NCBI GenBank assembly: GCA_030550585.1 | Contig: JAUQPB010000001.1 | Coordinates: 256,001 to 320,000, forward strand | Source: Thermoproteota archaeon | GTDB lineage: Archaea; Thermoproteota; Thermoprotei_A; Sulfolobales; Ignisphaeraceae | Length of the DNA stretch: 64,000 nucleotides | Direction of reading: 5' to 3' | Shown: piece by piece, positions 40,294 to 51,700 of the stretch | Numbering within the stretch: the first letter of the stretch is position 1 | Layout of the letters: the number at the start of each line of letters is the position of its first letter | Program-made: the position numbers and the translations under genes | Notes under the pieces: model-generated | Seen by the model: the letters and a program-made list of their open reading frames with translations, nothing else | Told to the model about the DNA's origin: nothing | The model's database searches: none

Positions 40294-41303
40294 GCAAGCT
40301 CCCTCAGCGACTCTATGAAGAGTTTAACCGAGTCTTCGTTTCCTATGCTAACTCTGTATAAGTCTTGTGCAATCCTCTTAATTGCTATACCAAACTTTTT
40401 TAGATGACTATCAAGCCTTCTATCATCCCTTATTAGCAGGAAGTTTGCATAGCTTCTATAAACCTTGAAGCCCATCCTCTTCAACTCCGAATACAGGTAA
40501 TCTCGAAGCTGCTTAATCTTCTCAATTATTTTTAAGTGGTAATCCAAATTCTCGAGAGCTGCTATGCCAGCTGCAAGAGATGGTGTTGGTATGTCGAATG
40601 GTGTTAAAACCTTTGTAACACTATCTATAACACTCTTGTCTGCTATTATATAGCCCAGCCTGAAGCCAGCTAGGCAAAATGCTTTGCTCATGCTTCGCAC
40701 AACAATAACATTTGGATACTCGTTTACATATCTAGCTACACTATATCCGCTAAACTCATAGTATGTCTCATCAACTATTACAAAACCCTTTGTGTTTAGT
40801 GCTATAGCCTCTAGGATTTTTCTATCCCCTTTTATAATAGCGTTTCCAGTTGGATTGTTTGGATCCACAAGCACAACTAGGTGTGCATTCTTTGCCAGTT
40901 CAATTAGAAGATTCATGTCAACTGTCCATTCATCATCATTTTCCTGCAGAGGTACTGTCACCATGTCTAGACCCATAAACCTGGCATAAACCTCTATCAT
41001 ACTGAAGGTGGGCTTGACAGAAAGTATTGCGTCGCCAGGGTCTGCAAGAGCCATGAAAAGCGTTCTCAAAGCGTTATCGGCACCTAGAAATGGATACACA
41101 TTGTCAATGCTTACTTTATTGTATTCTGCTAGCAAGAGCCTAAATCGATTAAACATGTGTAAATTTGGATAGTAATTACATTGACTTAATGTAGATGTAA
41201 CAGCTTTTATAATGTGTTCAGGAGGATTATATAAACACTCATTTAGATGCATTCTGTAGGGCTCTTCAGCCTCCTCATATCTATAGTTTTGAGATTCTAG
41301 CAC
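40290..41303 (-). CDS. hisC: Histidinol-phosphate aminotransferase
   Basis: LNE, PNNPTG, DETY.EF, RSMSKAFCLAGFRLG. Confidence 0.93.
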   Translation of the reverse strand: MLESQNYRYEEAEEPYRMHLNECLYNPPEHIIKAVTSTLSQCNYYPNLHMFNRFRLLLAEYNKVSIDNVYPFLGADNALRTLFMALADPGDAILSVKPTFSMIEVYARFMGLDMVTVPLQENDDEWTVDMNLLIELAKNAHLVVLVDPNNPTGNAIIKGDRKILEAIALNTKGFVIVDETYYEFSGYSVARYVNEYPNVIVVRSMSKAFCLAGFRLGYIIADKSVIDSVTKVLTPFDIPTPSLAAGIAALENLDYHLKIIEKIKQLRDYLYSELKRMGFKVYRSYANFLLIRDDRRLDSHLKKFGIAIKRIAQDLYRVSIGNEDSVKLFIESLRELA

Positions 41304-41469
41304 CCTCTTTTTTAGCCTTCCAATTACATCTATATATGCAATCTAAGATCCCTTCAATCAACTTTCTAACCAATAGTATTTGCCGCAATTTAAAAGCTTA
41401 TCACCATATCAGTTTTGATTAGAATAAAAGTATATATTTTTAGAAAGGTTATACATTTTCTGTGAGAAA

Positions 41470-41760
41470 ATGTCTTCTAAAGAACTATCACGTGAAGAAT
41501 TAATAGATATTATACTTGCTAACAACATGCTTGAACAATTTGTGGAGTGGCTTAGGCTAAGGGGTGTAGATAATGATATTATATCCCTAAGAGATATAGA
41601 CCGTAGATATTTATATGAATTTGCTATTGAGAAGAAACTGCTTATAGAGGGAGATGATGCTGGTCAGGATTATAAGGATGCTGATCAGGATTTTGAGGAT
41701 TTGTTGAAAAAGAAGATTGCACTAAGCTTAAAGCCCAGGAAAATCAGGAGAAAAACTTGA
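41470..41760 (+). CDS. Hypothetical protein
   Basis: 96-aa ORF divergent from the his operon, TATA-like upstream. Confidence 0.55.
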   Translation: MSSKELSREELIDIILANNMLEQFVEWLRLRGVDNDIISLRDIDRRYLYEFAIEKKLLIEGDDAGQDYKDADQDFEDLLKKKIALSLKPRKIRRKT

Positions 41761-41823
41761 ACTAGCCTCACCTCTTCTCAAGATCCTGTTTTTTAAATTA
41801 TAGCTAAATATTATCAAATAGTT

Positions 41824-42072
41824 TTATGTGCTCTTGTAGAACCTTGCATAATGTGCATATATATCACGAGGAACAATGGTAATGGCGTTTGTCGGGCATT
41901 TAACTATACATGCTCTACATCCAACACAGGCATCTGGGTTTACAGGCACAGATTTTTTGTTTATAATTGCAAATACCTTGTTGGGGCATGCCACATAACA
42001 CTGAGCACATCCAATACATTTTGATGTGTCTACCTGTACCTTGTAGCCTGGCAACCGCCTATACCTCAACAA
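41824..42072 (-). CDS. 2x[4Fe-4S] ferredoxin
   Basis: CIGCAQCYVACP and CVGCRACIVKCP. Confidence 0.9.
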   Translation of the reverse strand: MLRYRRLPGYKVQVDTSKCIGCAQCYVACPNKVFAIINKKSVPVNPDACVGCRACIVKCPTNAITIVPRDIYAHYARFYKST

Positions 42073-42994
42073 TCTCGTATTCTATGTTTCCAAGGCCTTT
42101 TTTATAGGCAGCTTCTACTTGGATGTACGGATCTTTGCCGTGTATCACAAGGAATTTGTTGTCCCCCGGCTTTAAGCCAGCTTTCTCTCCTATTGATCCT
42201 GGTACAACAGGAGCGTTATTTATTAAATCGAGTGTTGCTTTCTCTAGTGCCACAATATCCTCTGATGCTAATATCCCTATATCTGGGACTATCGGGATAT
42301 CGGACCAAGGTGCACAATCACATGTTGGCTGGACATCAAGCACATAGTTAATGTGAAAAACCTTGTTCGGTTTGTTTAAGATCACTCCATGAACCGCATC
42401 AGCTAAGCCTTCTTGGAATGCTCTGCCAATCTGATCCTCCTTCTCCAGATTGTGTATAGCCGATCTTGTGTTGGGACCTGTGCACCCCATAGCAATATTC
42501 TTTATGGCCCCTCCGTAACCAGATGATGGATGCCCCTTCGAATGTGCAAAGTTTATCAGCACATCTGCGTAGTAAACAGCTGAGCCAACCTCTATCTCTG
42601 GCACCCTCAAAGGATTTGGTACACGAACCTTTATCAGATCTGTTTCCTTTATACCGGAAACAGGCAATGCAATTGCTCCTAGAGTCTCATAGTTGTAGCC
42701 ATTCTCTAGACCAACTAAGATATGCTTTAATCCCCACGTATCTGTAATGAATGGTATTCCACCAAGCTTTTTAACATAGTCAACCAATATCCTCACAAAT
42801 ATCGGTCTAATTGTTCTATACCCGCCATGATCCATATCACCTACATGAATCTTTATAGCTACTATGTATCCTGGTTGAATCATGTTTTTTAGTGTGCTAG
42901 CCTCTAGCAAGTTCATGAATCTATATGGCAGTGAAGCTGCTTTATCAAGTCTGTCGAGCTGTGCCTTGGCAAACAATACCTTTGATTTTGCCAC
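42059..42994 (-). CDS. DUF362 iron-sulfur protein
   Basis: VAIKIHVGD, HSKGH..SGYGGAIKNIAMGC, CDC, D.GILASEDIVALE. Confidence 0.85.
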   Translation of the reverse strand: MAKSKVLFAKAQLDRLDKAASLPYRFMNLLEASTLKNMIQPGYIVAIKIHVGDMDHGGYRTIRPIFVRILVDYVKKLGGIPFITDTWGLKHILVGLENGYNYETLGAIALPVSGIKETDLIKVRVPNPLRVPEIEVGSAVYYADVLINFAHSKGHPSSGYGGAIKNIAMGCTGPNTRSAIHNLEKEDQIGRAFQEGLADAVHGVILNKPNKVFHINYVLDVQPTCDCAPWSDIPIVPDIGILASEDIVALEKATLDLINNAPVVPGSIGEKAGLKPGDNKFLVIHGKDPYIQVEAAYKKGLGNIEYEIVEV

Positions 42995-43080
42995 GATTTA
43001 TCACCATAATATTGTAATTGTAATTGCTTGGAACAACAGTTTTGGATTTGCTCTTATAAATTTTTGGCCTATGAATTTCT

Positions 43081-45252
43081 CTAACCTCTATTTCTCATCT
43101 TCCTCGCTTCTTCAACTATTTTCTTCCCCCATCCATCGCCAAACAACCTAACCACAAGATGCTCTTTATTTATAACATCTTCAATATTTCTAATACCATT
43201 GTTTATCATGATCCTTGCCCTTACCCTGCCAACATATCGTATTTTGACAAGCTCTAGAGCATCTTCCTTTACGCCCTGTTCAACCCTCTCAACTAACTTG
43301 AAAAGCTCTTTCGAGTGTGATTGCATATTAAGTGTGTTCGCTATTACAGCAGCTGAGTATGCTAGCCACTCCCCATTTTCTTTAATTACCCTTAGATCCC
43401 CTGCCTCTATACCATATTTCTCGATTATCCTCCTTTCTGGAACCTCATTCACCCAATCAGTTAGTATCAGCCCTATTATGGCACCCCTCACCCAATCTAT
43501 CTTACGATCTGCAAACATCTGCTCTAGCTCTTCATCAGGCAACTGTTTGGATAGTGCATAGCTTTCTATCAAGTCGTAGTAGGCTTTTCTTGCACCTCTC
43601 CCGATATTAACATCGCTGAAGTCTGGTGTCATACCAATTAGCGAGAGGTAGTAAAGCTCTGAGGCCTTCTCGACTCTTCTAAGTCCCTCAACTATTATTG
43701 CTGCTGTTAACGGGTCTATATAGAGCATTGAGGTCACAGTCCCTAACTTGGTTGCCTCATATAAGCTGGTATTTGCAATCCTTCTGCTTCTAACCATATT
43801 GAGCTCCTCTAACAACTCTAAAATCTTAGATATCTTCTTACTGAGGATATCCCTGCCCATCTTCATAGCGGCAAAGGTATTGGAGAAGAAAACCATTATG
43901 TCATTCAACGTGCTGGCCTCTCCAGAGGCTATAACAGCTAGGACATGTCTTCTCAAAGCCGATTCGCTTAGCAATGTAGAGTTTATTGGTTCTGGAATAC
44001 CCCTTATGTAGTACTCAGCCTCCTTAACATTTCTAATATCCTTAGCCACGATAACAATCCCATAGGGGTCGTACTGGGGTCTCCCAGCTCTTCCAGCAAG
44101 CTGTTTATACTCTAAAACACTTATCTTTTCTCTTCTACCTCCACTATAGTAATAGGAGTTTATTATCACAACACGTGCAGGTAGGTTAACCCCCATTGCA
44201 AGTGTTGGTGTTGCAGACAGGTATTTAATTATCCTATCTCTGAAAGCTTTTTCAATAACTCTCCTTGCCTCGGGGGTCAAACCAGCATGATGATAAGAGA
44301 CACCACATCTTATTAGATGCTCAAGCTTCTCATATTCGAAGTCTGGAAGCTCTGTTTTCATTTCCTGGACTAGCAATTCCAGCCTCTTTTTATCATCACT
44401 ATTTAAGTAGTTGCATACAACATCCTTGTACTCTTCAGCCAGCTCTTCAACACCTTTCCTAGAATACTTGAACTCCAGAACATTGAACCCCTCCTTAACG
44501 GCTCTCTCAATCCAATACCGCGTAACATCATCGACCATTACAGGGGATCCGCCATTTAATTCCTTTGGAAAGAACATTACAAAAGAGCCGTCACCTGCTT
44601 TATATGTTGGCACCTCATATAGTTGCACTGGCCTCCAAGATGATTTGACAAGCTTGGCATTTAACCATGTTGCGATCTCATCAGGATTTCCAATGGTTGC
44701 TGAAAGCCCTATCACTTGAATTCCTAGGATCTTAGCCCTGGTCGCTATCATCTCAACTATATGCCCTCTACTTTCATCACCAAGCATATGAAGCTCGTCA
44801 ATGACTATCACACCCACATTCTTTATCCATGGTGGCCTCCTCCTCAGAATAGAGTCTAGCCTCTCATATGTTGCAACAATTATGTCGTATTGGCCAAGCC
44901 TCTTCACCTCCTCTTCAGTAACCTCGTAATCCCCCATCGATATAGCTACCTTCGCACCATATTTCTCCCAGAAGGAAAACTCTGTATATTTCTCGTAGGC
45001 AAGGGCCTTCAAAGGCGTTGTATATATACCCTTAAAACCATTCAAAAAAGCATTCACAAGAGCTATCTCGCCAATCAACGTCTTACCACTTGCCGTAGGA
45101 GCGCACACAACAATGTTACCTCCTCTTAGGAACCCCGTTTTCAAGGCCTCTACCTGGGGAGGTGTGAAACCCAAGTACCCCTTCTCCTTCAAACCATCAA
45201 TTATAATATCTCTAAGCACATTTCTATAATCATCTAATGTTGATGCTTCCAA
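43081..45252 (-). CDS. hel308: Hel308/Hjm Ski2-like DNA helicase
   Basis: PTASGKT, IDELH, LSAT, HHAGL, TLAMGVNLPA, QLAGRAGRP, VGRVRAR. Confidence 0.9.
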   Translation of the reverse strand: MEASTLDDYRNVLRDIIIDGLKEKGYLGFTPPQVEALKTGFLRGGNIVVCAPTASGKTLIGEIALVNAFLNGFKGIYTTPLKALAYEKYTEFSFWEKYGAKVAISMGDYEVTEEEVKRLGQYDIIVATYERLDSILRRRPPWIKNVGVIVIDELHMLGDESRGHIVEMIATRAKILGIQVIGLSATIGNPDEIATWLNAKLVKSSWRPVQLYEVPTYKAGDGSFVMFFPKELNGGSPVMVDDVTRYWIERAVKEGFNVLEFKYSRKGVEELAEEYKDVVCNYLNSDDKKRLELLVQEMKTELPDFEYEKLEHLIRCGVSYHHAGLTPEARRVIEKAFRDRIIKYLSATPTLAMGVNLPARVVIINSYYYSGGRREKISVLEYKQLAGRAGRPQYDPYGIVIVAKDIRNVKEAEYYIRGIPEPINSTLLSESALRRHVLAVIASGEASTLNDIMVFFSNTFAAMKMGRDILSKKISKILELLEELNMVRSRRIANTSLYEATKLGTVTSMLYIDPLTAAIIVEGLRRVEKASELYYLSLIGMTPDFSDVNIGRGARKAYYDLIESYALSKQLPDEELEQMFADRKIDWVRGAIIGLILTDWVNEVPERRIIEKYGIEAGDLRVIKENGEWLAYSAAVIANTLNMQSHSKELFKLVERVEQGVKEDALELVKIRYVGRVRARIMINNGIRNIEDVINKEHLVVRLFGDGWGKKIVEEARKMRNRG

Positions 45253-45375
45253 AACAAGTCCCTTTTAATGTCCAATAAATATACTTTTGATATCTGATAA
45301 ACTTATTAACTGTTCCTTATAAAAAGCTATCAAAATACTAAAATCATTGATCATTATATCAAGCGGATGTAGTGT

Positions 45376-46923
45376 ATGAGAATAGTATATAAGATTGTTG
45401 TTGTGTTGATGGCATTACTCGTAGCATCTTTTGCACTTATGTACTTTATTCATGTAGGATATGATCAAATAGGTTCTGAAATAGCTAGGGAATGGTGTAA
45501 CGAAAAAGGTTTGAATGTATTTAACGATGCTCTATGTATAGACGAGCTCAATTCAATGCATAGTATTATATCACAGGGTTTAACCTTGGCTCTATTCTTT
45601 TTTGTGATAGCATTAACTGTTATTAGCATGGAGTGGCGAACAGGAGCAGCTATACTTGCGGCCATGCCCCTGCTAATTCTTGGCATAGTCCCACCGCAGT
45701 ATCTGATAAACGCTGTTTCATGGGATCTCATACTATTTCTGATTGGATCGATGACCCTAAGCGGAATTTTGAGAGAGCTTGGAGTATTTCGATACCTGGC
45801 TCTAAGAATTGTAGAGGTCTCTAGGGACAGGCCTGTTGTTTTATTGGTTCTAATATCGCTTATGGCATTTATCCTATCTGCTGTTTTGGGTGAGGTAACA
45901 AGCATAATATATGTTACCATGCTTATACTTGAAATAGGTGCGATAATCCATCTAGACGTCACACCACTGATAGTACTATCTGTCTTGGCTACAAACACAG
46001 GCAGTGTTGCACTACCTATAGGCAATCCTATTGGCGTTTACCTCCTATTCAAAACAGGTATGAGTGTTACACAATTCATCAGAAATGCTTTTCCGCTTGC
46101 CATCATAGATCTTATGGTGCTGCTAATAGCCATAATGCTTATTGAGAAATCTATAGTGAGTGAATTGAAAAAGAGGCTGGGGGAATCAAAACATAGAATA
46201 GAGGCTTATATATCACACCATAGAATAGAGTTGGGCGACAACAACGTTGTGAATCACATGCCTAAAAGAATTATTCTAGGTTTGGTAATACTAAGCCTGT
46301 TTATATTAACAGTTGCTTTAAATGATTTTATTGTTGAGTCCTTGTCAAACATTTTCAGGACATACATAGAGCCACATGCCTTTCTATCCTTTATTCCGTA
46401 TATATACATAGTAGTAGCCTTGCTAACTGCTATCCCATTAGTCGAAGTTTCAAAGTTTGTTGAAAGGTCTGTTGAATGGCCTTCTCTACTCTTCTTCATA
46501 TTCCTGTTCATGTTTGGCTACATGCTTACATACACTGGTGTGATGGCCAAGCTTGCCTATGCTTTCTCACGTTTAAGCACTGTCCCAATAACACTTCTAT
46601 CTATAATGTTGTTTTCGTCAAGCCTACTCAGCTCTGTACTCGACAATCTCTCTGTCATAGTAGCGTTTACACCTATAGCAATGACCTTCAATAACATAGG
46701 GCTTATCGGTAATTCAATATACTTCGCATTGCTTTTTGGAGGTGTTTTTGGCGGAAACTACACACCTGTAGGGTCTACAGCTAACATAATTGCTGTTTCC
46801 CTAGCTGAAAAGAGAAAAATCAAGATCTCGTGGGGAAGGTGGCTCAGGATAGCCTTAATTACGACAACACTTCAAATTTTGGTTGCGCTTGCATGGCTCT
46901 ATATAATTAGCTATGTGCTATAG
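45376..46923 (+). CDS. ArsB/NhaD/SLC13-type ion transporter
   Basis: ATNTGS.ALPIGNP, LDNLS, GGNYTPVGSTAN; many TM helices. Confidence 0.85.
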   Translation: MRIVYKIVVVLMALLVASFALMYFIHVGYDQIGSEIAREWCNEKGLNVFNDALCIDELNSMHSIISQGLTLALFFFVIALTVISMEWRTGAAILAAMPLLILGIVPPQYLINAVSWDLILFLIGSMTLSGILRELGVFRYLALRIVEVSRDRPVVLLVLISLMAFILSAVLGEVTSIIYVTMLILEIGAIIHLDVTPLIVLSVLATNTGSVALPIGNPIGVYLLFKTGMSVTQFIRNAFPLAIIDLMVLLIAIMLIEKSIVSELKKRLGESKHRIEAYISHHRIELGDNNVVNHMPKRIILGLVILSLFILTVALNDFIVESLSNIFRTYIEPHAFLSFIPYIYIVVALLTAIPLVEVSKFVERSVEWPSLLFFIFLFMFGYMLTYTGVMAKLAYAFSRLSTVPITLLSIMLFSSSLLSSVLDNLSVIVAFTPIAMTFNNIGLIGNSIYFALLFGGVFGGNYTPVGSTANIIAVSLAEKRKIKISWGRWLRIALITTTLQILVALAWLYIISYVL

Positions 46924-47355
46924 GTGATAGTCTACAGCTTTTTGCTGTGCCTGCTGTGGTTGTGGTTGTTGTGGCGGCTGTACTGGTGGTGGCAACCCCA
47001 TTTCTCTTGAAAGTAGCGAGATTATTGGTAGGGTATAGCTGTAGACAGCCATTATTAGTGGATATGGTATACTGCCCTTCTGAAACTCTTCGCTAAGCAT
47101 TTTAGCCTCATCAGCATTTATAGGCGAGACCATTACAACCCCCTTCAAATCTATTGATGCCACTGGAGGGCTGCAGTCGATTTTTATCACAAAGCCAAAT
47201 ACATAGTTATTGTCTCTCTTCTCTGGCTTTCCAAACATTATATTCATGTTTATGTTTAGCTGTGGCACAGGCTCTAGACTGTATCTCTCTGCCCTCACAC
47301 TATCTATCCTAAAACCTAGATTGGGCAACACCTTCACCTCATCTACCACTTGCAA
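46918..47355 (-). CDS. SecB-like fold protein (putative)
   Basis: Beta-strand pattern followed by VYSYTLPIISLLSREMGLPPPV, resembling the SecB C-terminal helix and PP motif. Confidence 0.5.
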   Translation of the reverse strand: MQVVDEVKVLPNLGFRIDSVRAERYSLEPVPQLNINMNIMFGKPEKRDNNYVFGFVIKIDCSPPVASIDLKGVVMVSPINADEAKMLSEEFQKGSIPYPLIMAVYSYTLPIISLLSREMGLPPPVQPPQQPQPQQAQQKAVDYHL

Positions 47356-47680
47356 CTTCTTTGTTTCTCTGGTTAATAGGTATAAATGCTATTGCATAAA
47401 CATCTTCTCTCGGCGATTCAGCTCTTAAAACAATACCTTTGCTGATCTCGGTTCTCATTATCAGCTCGTTCAATGCTTTCACATCATTTACCTCCACATA
47501 GCTAGGAGAGCTACCACCACATATACTGTCGAAATACTTCTTCAATTCAATGTCACTAACAACATTGTTACATCCATTTAGGTAATTTGCTATTCTTCGC
47601 AATATCTCATTAACGTTCTTCCCATAGATTATATAAGCTTGGTACCTTGAAATAACATTATCGTCAACGATCATAAACAT
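47339..47680 (-). CDS. Hypothetical protein
   Basis: 113-aa ORF overlapping the next gene. Confidence 0.6.
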   Translation of the reverse strand: MFMIVDDNVISRYQAYIIYGKNVNEILRRIANYLNGCNNVVSDIELKKYFDSICGGSSPSYVEVNDVKALNELIMRTEISKGIVLRAESPREDVYAIAFIPINQRNKEVASGR

Positions 47681-47746
47681 CTCATCCTATAAAAAGCTTT
47701 TGTATAAAGATATAAAGCCTTTTGACAAACAAGTTATTATGAGACC

Positions 47747-48064
47747 ATGTCAGAAGACCTCAGTAAAAAGATGTTTGAAGTTCCTAGTGATATGCTAAAA
47801 GAAATCGAGGAATATGAAGAAAGCGTTCGGGGACGCAAATCTGGTAAAAAAGGGAGGTATCCAAGCAATGAAGATGTAGTGGAGGCTATAAAAGATGTGA
47901 CAGGAGGCGTTATCAACAGATTTAATATTGATGTGCTCTTCGACAACGTAAAACAGTATTTAGAGGAGCGCGGTTTTGATACCTCTGCCTTGAATGAAAC
48001 TAGGTTTTGGAGACTTGTATCAAATTTGGTTAAGAAAAACATTTTGAGGAGCGAACTTGAGTGA
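47747..48064 (+). CDS. Hypothetical protein (possible winged helix)
   Basis: YPSNEDVVEAI...RFWRLVSNLVKK. Confidence 0.6.
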   Translation: MSEDLSKKMFEVPSDMLKEIEEYEESVRGRKSGKKGRYPSNEDVVEAIKDVTGGVINRFNIDVLFDNVKQYLEERGFDTSALNETRFWRLVSNLVKKNILRSELE

Positions 48065-48277
48065 GACGTCATATTGATTTACATAGTCGTTTTGCCAAGA
48101 GCTCAGAGGCCATGCATCCCCAAACGATTCGATTGGTGAGAAGACCTTGAAATCCGGCACTTTACCTAACCACAGCCTTTATTTAGCCAAGAGCGGGCTT
48201 TGTGTATCGAAGCAATGCACACCTTTATCAATTGGATCTGAATAAGCTTGAAACTTATGTGAATTGGTGAATTAATT

Positions 48278-48736
48278 TTGGGTATAGAGCTAGATGACTT
48301 GGATAAAGCAATTATAAACATGATTATAGAGGATTGCAGTAGGAGTATTAGAGATATTGCGAAAGCTGTTGGAAAATCGCCATCGCTTGTTTTGAAAAGA
48401 GTTAGAAGACTCTATGAGGCGGGACTGATAAAAAAATGTGAAGCATCTATAGACTATTCAAAGCTTGGGTATAACCTCATGGCGCTTATACTGTTTAAAG
48501 TTGATGGGCCACACATAGAGGATGTCGAGCGTGAGCTGGCTAGAGAACCAAGGGTCAGAGGAGTGTATGACATAACTGGGGAGTATGACATAGCCATTCT
48601 AGCTCTATTCAAAGATGTTAATGATCTGAATTCATTCATTAAACGAATCCTGAAGAGCCCATATATCAAAGAGAGTGTGACTAGCGTTATATTTAAAGCT
48701 ATCAAAGATGAGAAAAATATAGAGTACTTTAAGTGA
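48278..48736 (+). CDS. Lrp/AsnC family regulator
   Basis: LDDLDKAII, HTH, IDYSKLG, ITGEYD. Confidence 0.92.
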   Translation: MGIELDDLDKAIINMIIEDCSRSIRDIAKAVGKSPSLVLKRVRRLYEAGLIKKCEASIDYSKLGYNLMALILFKVDGPHIEDVERELAREPRVRGVYDITGEYDIAILALFKDVNDLNSFIKRILKSPYIKESVTSVIFKAIKDEKNIEYFK

Positions 48737-48783
48737 TGAATGTGGTGGGCTCTGATAGATGATGTCATGAATCCTCACTGATT
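48731..48783 (+). ncRNA. C/D-box guide sRNA overlapping the Lrp stop codon
   Basis: C GTGATGA, 12-nt guide, D' CTGA, C' ATGATGT, 12-nt guide, D CTGA. Confidence 0.75.
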
Positions 48784-48790
48784 TTTCACG

Positions 48791-51700
48791 GTGATCACCA
48801 TGAAAATTATCGATAGTGAGGAGGTTCTTCATAGCCTTGGATATGACTACATCAAAGAAGTCGAGCCTTCTATTGAACCGCCAACAACACACATAACTTT
48901 TAGTGCTCTTGTACCTGAATTCAAGGAACATGGCATTTGGCTTGCAGACAAGCCTCTCTATGAACATCAATACAAAGCTTTAGAATCTCTAATAAAGGGA
49001 GAGAATCTTGTTCTTATTTCTGGGACAGGCTCTGGCAAGACAGAGGTATGGTTTCTATACTTCTATAAGAAATTCAAAGAAGGTAAATTTAAGACAATAG
49101 CTGTTTATCCGACTCTTGCTCTTGCAAATGATCAGATCAATAGAATATCTACTTACTGTAAAGCAGTTGGTGCAAAGGTATTACAGCTTGATGCAGTTAG
49201 CAGAGATGAGATGGTAAAAAGATTTGGTGTTCAAGGCGTTAGAAAAGCTGTTGACGAAGCTGATATAGTTATTACCAACCCTGCTTTTCTCTTCCACGAA
49301 CTGAAAAAGTATTTGGTGAAGCCTCAGTCATCACTTCTCTACAGCCTATTTAAAAAAGTTGATATGATTGTATTCGACGAACTCGACTTCTATACCCCAA
49401 GAGGCATAGCACTAATTCTCGCTCTTATTGAAGTCCTTTCAGAAACAAGCGATGAGAAACCGCAAATAGTTGTTTTAACAGCCACGTTGGCTAATCCTGA
49501 TGAGATGTGCATGTATCTTAGAGAGAAGACTGGAAGAAGTTGTAGTGTTGTAGAGGGAAAGCCTTTTAGAGTTGAAAATAGGCTTTACATAGTCTTGGGA
49601 AAGGATCTACATAGCGCTTGGAGCAAGATAAGAGAGGCGAAAAACGTTATTGCGAAGAGAGATGTTCCAGATGATATAGTTAAGGCTTTAGAGGATTTTG
49701 ATTTATTTAGAAAGAACGCCTACAAGGTTCTTCAATTCCTTGAGGCGCTTGGAATACAAGTGCCCTCCATTTCTCTAAACATATATGAGATCCTATCAAA
49801 GTACTCTACAGACGATGGCGTTACACTTGTCTTCACAAAGAGCATTGCAAGAGCAGAGGAAATAGCAAAAGCTCTAAGGGAGGTTATAGGTGATAAGGTT
49901 GCCGCTCATCACCACCTAGTATCAAAGGATCTTAGAAAATCCATTGAGGATAGAGCTAGAAGAGGAGAGATAAAAATCATTGTAAGTCCAAGAACGCTTG
50001 TGCAAGGAATAGACATAGGAACTATTGTCAGAGTTGTGCACATAGGCCTACCAGAAAATGTCAGAGAATATCTTCAGAGAGAAGGTAGAAAAGGAAGGCG
50101 CAAAGAAATACCGTTTACAGAAACCATCGTAATACCATCTTCACGATGGGACTGGGAACTACTTTCTAAAGGGCTTCAAGCATTCGAGAAATGGCTTTCA
50201 CTACCCCTAGAAAAAGCTGTTATAAATCCTAGAAACAAATACATTGCATTATTTAAAGGCATTGCAAAGATTCTTTCACCTTGGTACAAATCTGAACTCA
50301 CACAAGAAGAGCATGAAACCTTGTCAAATGTTGGTGTCATTAGAAAAGATGGGTCTATAAACATTAGAAAAGCTCAATGGATTTGGGAGAGAATAAACTT
50401 CTACGAATTTGGACCGCCATACGGAATCAAAAGGTACATAGAGTATGAAGAGGGTTCTGTGAAACCTCTTGAACCTATAGGACATTGCGATCTAGTTGAA
50501 AGATTTCAGATCGGATGTTTGGATCCATCTGAAGATGCAATGGTTATCAAGATTGATGGTGGCAAGAGCTCAAGGATTGTGAGAAGCGTTGTTGAAAAAC
50601 CGTTATCGAAGATAAACATATTTTCTCATGATGCATTGGCAGAGGCTTTTGAGGAATACAAATATATTAAGATGAGGTGGGGAGAAGAGGCATCATTTCT
50701 AAGAGACATAGCAAGAGGCAAGCTACACAGCTACGTTCTAGCAATTGTATACACGCCTAGAAGTGGGTTTGGAGAGCTAAAGAAAATTCCAAATAGAGTT
50801 CTATGGCATTTGATATCAAGTAAGCCGAGAATAGCTAGAGCAGGTGATAGATACTTTGTAACTTATGATAGGAAGGTTATATATGTTCCTGTTAGCACAT
50901 TTGGAGAGTATAGAGATTTCACATATGGCATGCTCTTTGATGTTGACGACAGAGAGGATTCAACATTACTTAGAATGGGTTTGGCATATCTCATGATAGT
51001 TCTTAGAAGGGTGTTTGGAATACCGTTTGAAACTATTATGTATAGTGTTGAGAAGATTGGTGAGAAGAAATTCTTCTCTCTTCACGAGCCTGAAGCGGCG
51101 GGGCTTTTGGAAAACATTGATTGGATTAGTGTCAGAAAAGCTTTGGAGGAATATAAACCAGATGATCTTGATATTGTACTTCTATCACAACTAGATGAAA
51201 TAGCATACAGCGATTTGATTAACCTGGGAATAGACTTTACAGTATTGAAGGATGTTGCTATGAGGGTTGTCGACTATATCACATTGAAGAATAAAATGAG
51301 GGTTGTGTTCGGCGAAAAAAGAATTGCTGTTCCAAAGCCAAGTAGGGCACTCAGATACATTTCTTTAGAGGCGCTTTCTCTTATGCTGGAGGAGGAGCCG
51401 TTACCAAAGGTGCTAACAGGGTTGGCATACTTTGATGGAGAAGAGGAAAACGTTGTTGCTGACATATATATAAAGTATCCATTTACTCCTCCACCTAAGT
51501 CTCTGAGAGAATTTGAAGAAAGAGTTGAGGAAGCAGTATACTACTCCGACTTCAAATTGATAGTCTATGACAAAGAAACTCTGGCTAACGAATTGAAAAT
51601 GGCTAACCTAAAGAGGCTGGCTACAATAGTTAGGGAGAATAGCATTGAAGTTAGAGAAGAGATAACCAAGATAGGTATTAACGCTCCATCATTGCTGACA

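Noticed and set aside
41280-41400. uORFs before hisC (TTG-CAT-ATA-TAG and a 30-codon out-of-frame ORF)
   Set aside because: No His enrichment beyond one codon, and promoter spacing does not support leaderless initiation.
48065-48270. 200-bp intergenic gap as a possible ncRNA or small gene
   Set aside because: No GC enrichment, boxes or started ORF that I can support.
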